DNA from: a virus
Lineage: Duplodnaviria; Caudoviricetes
IMG/VR virus record: IMGVR_UViG_3300033993_000453
Location: 1 to 30,133 of that record
DNA: 30,133 nucleotides
Direction: 5' to 3' (one strand)
Part shown: positions 24,724 through 30,133 of the stretch, piece by piece
Position numbering within the stretch: position 1 is the stretch's first letter
How the letters are laid out: the number at the start of each line of letters is the position of its first letter
Made by a program: the position numbers and the translations under genes
The notes under the pieces: generated by a model
Seen by the model: the letters and a program-made list of their open reading frames with translations, nothing else
The model's database searches: none
Told to the model about the DNA's origin: nothing

Positions 24724-25391
24724 GGCTGGACCATCTCCGCTCTAAGGGTGTTTGTTTGAAATCTGGCTGCGGCCGTCAGTTTGAACTCGCTTGCTCGCAC
24801 GCTGTTTGCCTGATAGATGGCTGCGGCCACCAGCTGCGGCCACGTGGCCCGCACCGACAGGGCCGGATAAGTGCCGCGCAGCTGCACCGTCTCCGCCGCA
24901 AAAATGTCATACAGTTCCGGCTGACCTAGCACCGCAACGCCGCCCGTAATCGACGCCAGCGACAGCTCGACCGCTCCGCTCTGCACGCTCAGCACAGGCT
25001 GGCCGCAAACCGGCGAACCGGTCGATAATCCGCTTGGCGCAAATGCGTGGTCCTGGCTGAGTGCGGCACCTTGCAGGACCGGCGAACCGGCAACGAGTCC
25101 CGTCGCTGCAAGGTCGTGATTCTGCGAGAGCGTTGTTGACCCGACCACTGGCGAACCGGTGGCTAGGCTGTTTGCTGCAAGGTCGTGGTTCTGCGTCAGC
25201 GTTGCCGTGCCGCAGACCGGCGAACCGGATGCGACCACGCTTGCGGTCAGGCTGTGATTCTGCGAAAGGCTTGGCTGGCCGCAGGCTGGCGCACCGGCAG
25301 CGATTCCGCTTAGAGTCAGGGCGTCATTGCCGACGCCTCCAGCCCCAAGCAGACCGCCGAATAAAAACGTGAAGCCTTGCAGCTCAGCCAT
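24720..25391 (-). CDS. Repeat-containing fibre-like protein
   Basis: Five to six 23-aa repeats (L...S/G...GSPV.G...LSQNHD) plus C-terminal 9-aa periodicity. Confidence 0.7.
   Translation of the reverse strand: MAELQGFTFLFGGLLGAGGVGNDALTLSGIAAGAPACGQPSLSQNHSLTASVVASGSPVCGTATLTQNHDLAANSLATGSPVVGSTTLSQNHDLAATGLVAGSPVLQGAALSQDHAFAPSGLSTGSPVCGQPVLSVQSGAVELSLASITGGVAVLGQPELYDIFAAETVQLRGTYPALSVRATWPQLVAAAIYQANSVRASEFKLTAAARFQTNTLRAEMVQP
25012..25320. repeat. Degenerate 69-bp tandem coding repeat
   Basis: GGCGAACCGG at 25012, 25081, 25150, 25219; GCTGCAAGGTCGTG at 25105 and 25174. Confidence 0.9.
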
Positions 25392-25421
25392 TGGCCACTT
25401 TCAAGCAAAAAAAGCCAAAGA

Positions 25422-26063
25422 CTAAACAGGCACTTCTTCCCACTGCATCGAACCGATCCAAGTTGCTGATGTCAGCGCCGAGCTTCCGCCGATTGCCGCA
25501 TAGGCTCCCGGTGGAATGATGATCGCCCCTTCAAGGTCAATCGGGCCACCCGTCACAAGTGCCGCACCGGCAGCGGTCGCCCAGTAGTACGAGGCGAACG
25601 GTATCACGTTCGATGCCGCACTGCCCGAAGTCAAAGCGACGTTTCGGAAACCGGTCATTACCGAGCCAGACTGCAGTTGAGTTGACATCGACCACGGCGT
25701 TACGGTCGTCGCCTGCGTGATCGTTGCGGTGTTGCCAAACCACAGGCTGAAAGATACGGTCCCAGCACCCGATGCCGCGACCACGCTGCCGACGCTAATT
25801 TTGGTCAGCGCCGCGTTTCGGCCTGACCCAATCGGGTTGAAAATCGCCAACATCGGAGTGCCAGCAGCACCACCGGAAAAGGCAGTCACCGCTGCGGCAG
25901 TCGAGACCGACAAAAGAAACGAGTTACCTCGATAGGTGGTCTCGTAATAACGGCCGTGTAACTCCGAGACAATCACGTCACCAAGCTGCCCGGCCCGCGT
26001 GTTTACCACTGCGTTACTTCCGGATGCGGCCGGTTGGCCCACGATATTTTGATTAACAGGCAT
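25422..26063 (-). CDS. Putative virion structural beta-sandwich protein
   Basis: Ala/Ser/Thr/Gly-rich; IFNPIGSGRNA, IIIPPG, terminal WEEVP; GAGG RBS. Confidence 0.6.
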   Translation of the reverse strand: MPVNQNIVGQPAASGSNAVVNTRAGQLGDVIVSELHGRYYETTYRGNSFLLSVSTAAAVTAFSGGAAGTPMLAIFNPIGSGRNAALTKISVGSVVAASGAGTVSFSLWFGNTATITQATTVTPWSMSTQLQSGSVMTGFRNVALTSGSAASNVIPFASYYWATAAGAALVTGGPIDLEGAIIIPPGAYAAIGGSSALTSATWIGSMQWEEVPV

Positions 26064-26074
26064 AAAATTTCCTC

Positions 26075-27589
26075 TTAGTAAGAGTTAAAGCCGGTGACAG
26101 TCAGCAGCACGCTTGCTCCAGTTGTTCCAGCCGTATAGTTCAGAGCGGTTGCGGCAGTGCCGCGAAGTGGAGTCGGGAAAATCAACTGCACCGGCAGCGT
26201 CATGCTCGCCGGAACGCTAAACGTCACGAGCGTTGTCGAACCGTCCTGAATCGTCAGCGTCGTTGCCGTTGCGTTTGTGTTTTGGAATGTAACGCTGGTT
26301 ACGTTTTGACGAATTGGAGACGCTTGAGCAGCACGAATCGCCGTTTGCGAGTTGGTCGTCACGGTCGTCGAGACGTAAAAGTCTAAATCGCCCGGAGCGT
26401 TTTGCTTGGTAATCATCTGACCCGACTGCGAATAAGTCGCACGAATCGCATCACCAGCGATAACGGTACTGGCCGGGAGTGCAGTCCGAACAACGCCGCC
26501 AGAAATAAGCGGGTTCGACGTTGCAGCCGTGTCTTCTGCGATGTTGCCGCCGACCGCTAGCATGCCAGCGACACCAGCCGTTACCGGCGTAGTTCCGCCG
26601 ATTTGCGCAACGTTGACGGTTTGGTTTGTCGCAATGCTCGGGCTGGTTGCCGTTGCAAATGCTGGTGAGTTTCGCAGCAGCAAAACGGCAGAGGGAAAGC
26701 CGCTGGTGTAAGCACTGCACCGGGCTCGGAAGAATCGACCGGAAGCCGGGAGAATCCATTGCCCGTTGGCTGTCGAGCTTGTCACCGGAGCAGCAGCACC
26801 GGCACTCGGCCAGCCAACCACTGCGACCCACGTTGACCCGTCGTTGCTGGCCTCAAATGAAACAGTACCAGCCCAGGTGTTGACCAGCTGAAGAACGATT
26901 GAGTTGTAACCCGTCGTGTCCACTTGCACGATTGAACCGAGCCGACTGACCGAGCCTCTAAATTGCTGGCCATCGGCAGGCACGACGTGGCCCAGAGAAT
27001 TTAAGCGAACCGGAACGCGCTGATTGTTTTGGTCAATCCCTCCCATCTGCATAACAACAGACGGGTCGACGTTGGTGAGGTTGACGCTTGAGAATGGCTG
27101 CTCGTGGTTGCCGGACCTAAGCGAATAGCTGCCGCTGACCGAACCAGCAAAGTCGCTGCTGGTGACAGCCCGAAACCATCGGGCAGAGACGGAGACCTGA
27201 AACAGGCCGGGACCGGTGAAACTGTTTTTCAGGAACTGGTCGCAGTCAAAATCGAAACCTTGAATCGGCCAGTAGTTTGTGCCGTCGTTGGACGCTTCGA
27301 GGTTAATCGTGCCCGCGTGTCCGCTTGTAAGCTGCAGCACCACAGCTCGTTCGTTGGCCGTATCAACTGCCGCAAACAGTGCCGTGTTCGCCGTGGTAAT
27401 CGGCCCGAATGATGTAGCCGTTGACGAATCGACAATGTAAGTTGGAAGGCCATTGACTGACGATACGTCGCCATCGTTGACGCCATCTGCACCATGCACC
27501 AGCTTGATTCGCTGGAACTGGACGCCGCCGATGTCGTCGGATGCTGCGGTCGCCCCGCTGCCCGGTGTGATTGCTACGTTATCAGCCAT
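26075..27589 (-). CDS. Putative fibre/spike protein with two tandem EASNDG beta domains and a C-terminal beta-sandwich
   Basis: N-terminal MADNVAITPGSG...DDIGGVQFQRIKL; duplicated VDT...VLQL...AGT..(L/F)EASNDG...R(W/F)FRA. Confidence 0.65.
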   Translation of the reverse strand: MADNVAITPGSGATAASDDIGGVQFQRIKLVHGADGVNDGDVSSVNGLPTYIVDSSTATSFGPITTANTALFAAVDTANERAVVLQLTSGHAGTINLEASNDGTNYWPIQGFDFDCDQFLKNSFTGPGLFQVSVSARWFRAVTSSDFAGSVSGSYSLRSGNHEQPFSSVNLTNVDPSVVMQMGGIDQNNQRVPVRLNSLGHVVPADGQQFRGSVSRLGSIVQVDTTGYNSIVLQLVNTWAGTVSFEASNDGSTWVAVVGWPSAGAAAPVTSSTANGQWILPASGRFFRARCSAYTSGFPSAVLLLRNSPAFATATSPSIATNQTVNVAQIGGTTPVTAGVAGMLAVGGNIAEDTAATSNPLISGGVVRTALPASTVIAGDAIRATYSQSGQMITKQNAPGDLDFYVSTTVTTNSQTAIRAAQASPIRQNVTSVTFQNTNATATTLTIQDGSTTLVTFSVPASMTLPVQLIFPTPLRGTAATALNYTAGTTGASVLLTVTGFNSY

Positions 27590-27592
27590 TTG

Positions 27593-27970
27593 TTAGCTCG
27601 CCTGCGGGATGCGAATGGTGAATGAACTGGTGGAAAACGTATTGCCGTTGGTCACGGATTGCGACGAGGACAGAGCACCAGTCGCCAATAGTCGGCTGTT
27701 GCCCGTGTCGGTAATGGCGTAGTGGGTCGCCGTGCCCGTGGCCGTGACGCTGCCGCTGGTCAGGGCCTGAACCGTCACCTGCCGACCGTTGGGCGAACCG
27801 GCAGCGGGTGCTCCAACGTCGCCAGCACCCAGCGTTTTATTGCCGAGAGTTAGCGTGCTTGTCGCCTGCGTGTAGGTCGTCGGCTCGCTGGAGCAGATGT
27901 CTAGTCGGTTGCCTTCGGTGTCGAGTACCGTCAGGCCGTTGTCAAAAACTCGGTCATTGAGAAATGGCAT
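27593..27970 (-). CDS. Small phage fibre/appendage structural protein
   Basis: LDICSSEPTTY, TGTATHYAITD...LLATGAL...VTNGNTF pattern found in small phage fibre-associated proteins. Confidence 0.7.
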   Translation of the reverse strand: MPFLNDRVFDNGLTVLDTEGNRLDICSSEPTTYTQATSTLTLGNKTLGAGDVGAPAAGSPNGRQVTVQALTSGSVTATGTATHYAITDTGNSRLLATGALSSSQSVTNGNTFSTSSFTIRIPQAS

Positions 27971-28000
27971 GTCCTAAACCTTTCCATCTATCGTGGTTTG

Positions 28001-28369
28001 TTACTGAATGGGTTCCACTTCAAACCGTGTCAGCCCGTTGGCCTCGATGACCCGGTTGAAATGACTGAACCCATCCTCATTTTCCGATATGTCGATAATC
28101 AAGCTGCCGAGAATCGCTCCGATGATTTGCGGGTCTGCTCCCTCGATGGGCGGAAACTCACCTTGTCCCATTCCGGCCAGCAGGTCCACAAACGATTGTT
28201 GAGCCTGCGTGCGGCAACCGTAGTGCGTGACTGATTGACCGTCTGCTGAGAGGGTAGCCTTGAAATTGTTGGGCCCATGCCCAAGTGCTTCCGCGATGGC
28301 GTTTGCTGCGTCCTTGGTTGCGGCAGGAGCAATCATCACGATGCTATAAATCCACTCTGTTTGACTCAT
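28001..28369 (-). CDS. Hypothetical protein, possible fibre assembly partner
   Basis: TAATG overlap with the spike gene; LSADG...THYG motif. Confidence 0.6.
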   Translation of the reverse strand: MSQTEWIYSIVMIAPAATKDAANAIAEALGHGPNNFKATLSADGQSVTHYGCRTQAQQSFVDLLAGMGQGEFPPIEGADPQIIGAILGSLIIDISENEDGFSHFNRVIEANGLTRFEVEPIQ

Positions 28370-30133
28370 TAGAAGGATACTCCGCAGCGTCGGGCCAGTA
28401 AGTTGCGTTCAAAATCTCGGATGGTTCCTTCCGGTGTTGCGGCCCCTCGGATAATCAGGGTGTAAAGGATGCCGGAGAGGCGAAGGCTTGCACCGTTGTT
28501 GCGGCTCAGTAAGTAAATAATTGAACTCGAAAAATTCCCAGAGCCTTTATCGCCCGTTGCGTTAGAGCCTGCTACGCTATTTCGCCTGATTGTTGTTAAA
28601 TCTCCGGCGATGTCATGCGTTGACGATATAACGCCCGTATCAATAGCAGACGTGGCAATATTTGTTACTTGATTAACTGAGGACACGGCAGTTCCGCGTG
28701 AACCGGACCACCAGCCATCAGTAGCGTTTTGGCCTGAGACTAAATAGAACGAGCCTGCGTTTACCGTAAGGCTTGCTGTAAGTTCGGCAACTACTGCCGT
28801 TGCATCCGTATTCTTCCTCACCCCCGCCATCACGGTCATCTTGTCGGTGCTTGAGAAGTCCACGCTCGTCGTAATCAGGCTGTCGTCTGACCCGTCTGCT
28901 AACAAGCCCCAACAGTCCCGCTTGCCGGATTCGGTTACGTCGTGGGTGGTGGTGACTCGCTGGTAGGTGGTTGCGGTCGAGCCGGTTTCGAGTTGGGCAC
29001 CCCAAATTGAGCAAGTACCGTTCGCCAATCTCGTAGTCGAATTGTCATTGTCAGAGATGAAAAATCCACATCGGTAAGTTGTCACACCGGAACAAGCACC
29101 AGTGAGCGAACAACGATACCAACCATTCCCAGCGTCAGTGATTGCAATTGACGCACCCGCACCCGTCCCCGAATTGCTTACGCTTCCGATTGCACCTGTT
29201 GAGATATTGAACCAACCGGCAACCGTGTTGACGTAGTTTGTGCTGCCAAAGAAAAACTCAATCCAATCGCCTGTGCCCTTTTTAACGTAAAGACTGAACG
29301 TAGCCGTAGTGCCACTGGTAACGGCTGCATCTTGATAAACTAAACCGCTGGCTGGCGTTGCGGTCATGTTCAGCGTGTCGGCGGATACTTCCGAGTTTAA
29401 CGGCCCTGTTCCGCTGTTGGCGGTAATCGTCAGCGGTGCCTTCGTCCACCCGCTACTCGTTACGTCAAACTGCTCGCTATACGTCAGCAGATTCCGCCTA
29501 CCACCATCCGGGGTACGGCACAAGGCGGGGCGACTTCCGCTGGTCGTCTGGTAGGGGTGGATGCCGGGGATTTCCTTGACGGAAATATTGTCGAGAGCGA
29601 GCGTTGTTCCGGCTGACGTAGCTTCCAAAATGATTGAAGCATCAGAGCTTCCGGCAAGACAAAACACTTTGTACGTGCCGTTTGCCGCGTAGGTAGACGT
29701 TCGATTTCCGCCTGTGTAAACACGCACCCCACCAGAAGAAAAACCAGACACCGTAAAAGTGACAACGTAAAATTTTCCGGCAGTCAAAAACGATGTTCTG
29801 AAAACTCCATTATTCAGGGTGGCCGCTGTGTATTGTGCAACTCCACCAGTAATTGTTACGCCGGTCCCTTTGCTCCACCACGTATCACTATCGAACCCGC
29901 CATTCGTCACCAACTCCGCCCCAAGATTCTCTAGCCCGCCCCGGCTCGAATCAATCACGAGGCCAACTTGGTCGCCGGGATAAACAGCAGGGGCCACGCC
30001 ATTTGAATCAACGTAGAGGCTGTGCGTTGGGTAGGCTGCTTTGAACTCGGTATTGAAGTCGGTGATGGGCTGGTAGGTGGAGGGGGTGGCGGATTGTTCG
30101 AGTTGGAAACCGTCAATCAAAATCCCGCTCGCA
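28369..30133 (-). CDS. Large spike/fibre protein with carbohydrate-binding-like and LamG-like domains; 5' end outside window
   Basis: Frame open to the window edge; ELVTNGGFD...LDNISVKE, RNLLTYSEQFD...GNGWYRC...WGAQLETGSTATTYQ, ADGSDDSL. Confidence 0.75.
   Translation of the reverse strand, partial: ASGILIDGFQLEQSATPSTYQPITDFNTEFKAAYPTHSLYVDSNGVAPAVYPGDQVGLVIDSSRGGLENLGAELVTNGGFDSDTWWSKGTGVTITGGVAQYTAATLNNGVFRTSFLTAGKFYVVTFTVSGFSSGGVRVYTGGNRTSTYAANGTYKVFCLAGSSDASIILEATSAGTTLALDNISVKEIPGIHPYQTTSGSRPALCRTPDGGRRNLLTYSEQFDVTSSGWTKAPLTITANSGTGPLNSEVSADTLNMTATPASGLVYQDAAVTSGTTATFSLYVKKGTGDWIEFFFGSTNYVNTVAGWFNISTGAIGSVSNSGTGAGASIAITDAGNGWYRCSLTGACSGVTTYRCGFFISDNDNSTTRLANGTCSIWGAQLETGSTATTYQRVTTTHDVTESGKRDCWGLLADGSDDSLITTSVDFSSTDKMTVMAGVRKNTDATAVVAELTASLTVNAGSFYLVSGQNATDGWWSGSRGTAVSSVNQVTNIATSAIDTGVISSTHDIAGDLTTIRRNSVAGSNATGDKGSGNFSSSIIYLLSRNNGASLRLSGILYTLIIRGAATPEGTIRDFERNLLARRCGVSF

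Larger units (their letters stand above)
1..30133 (-). mobile_element. Tailed phage or prophage segment (siphovirus-like, lambda-type head and tail modules); ends not in window
   Basis: Co-oriented terminase, portal, Clp protease, capsid, tail tube, chaperone and tape measure genes plus a phage-type early operon; no host housekeeping genes or att/integrase seen. Confidence 0.97.

Noticed and set aside
25012-25320. 69-bp periodic repeat as a CRISPR array
   Set aside because: The period is a multiple of 3 inside an ORF, the intervening sequence is itself homologous, and no cas genes are present.
28369-30133. Diversity-generating retroelement target in the spike gene
   Set aside because: No reverse transcriptase and no template/variable repeat pair differing at adenines seen within the window.

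Overview
The window is an approximately 30 kb segment of a GC-rich tailed phage or prophage with lambda-like head and tail genes. Essentially all real genes lie on the minus strand. In transcription order (30133 to 1) it contains: (i) seven fibre/spike/beta-sandwich structural-looking genes placed upstream of the terminase; (ii) terminase large subunit, a small putative DNA-binding protein, gpW-like adaptor, lambda-type portal, ClpP-type prohead protease/scaffold, capsid cement protein with an extra domain, and major capsid protein; (iii) head-tail joining, terminator, gpZ-like and tail tube genes, a tail assembly chaperone with a -1 slippery site leading into a Cys-rich extension, a short tape measure, and tail-tip candidates including Cys-rich, poly-Ser proteins; (iv) a Stealth-like/GT2 double glycosyltransferase and a metallophosphoesterase; (v) a Cro-like HTH gene with a probable leaderless promoter and operator, followed by an early operon (small hypotheticals, DUF3310, PnuC-like mini membrane protein, SNF2-like helicase, N4/N6 DNA methyltransferase, RecE/DUF3799-like exonuclease). 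I recognised no integrase, CI repressor, small terminase, endolysin, tRNA, CRISPR array or reverse transcriptase. A Planctomycetota host is a weak inference from remembered protein motifs only. The best candidate for an undescribed system is a virion (phospho)glycosylation cassette: Ser-tract, Cys-rich tail proteins plus the Stealth-GT2 fusion plus the phosphoesterase. All family calls are from motif recognition by eye, with no database searches.
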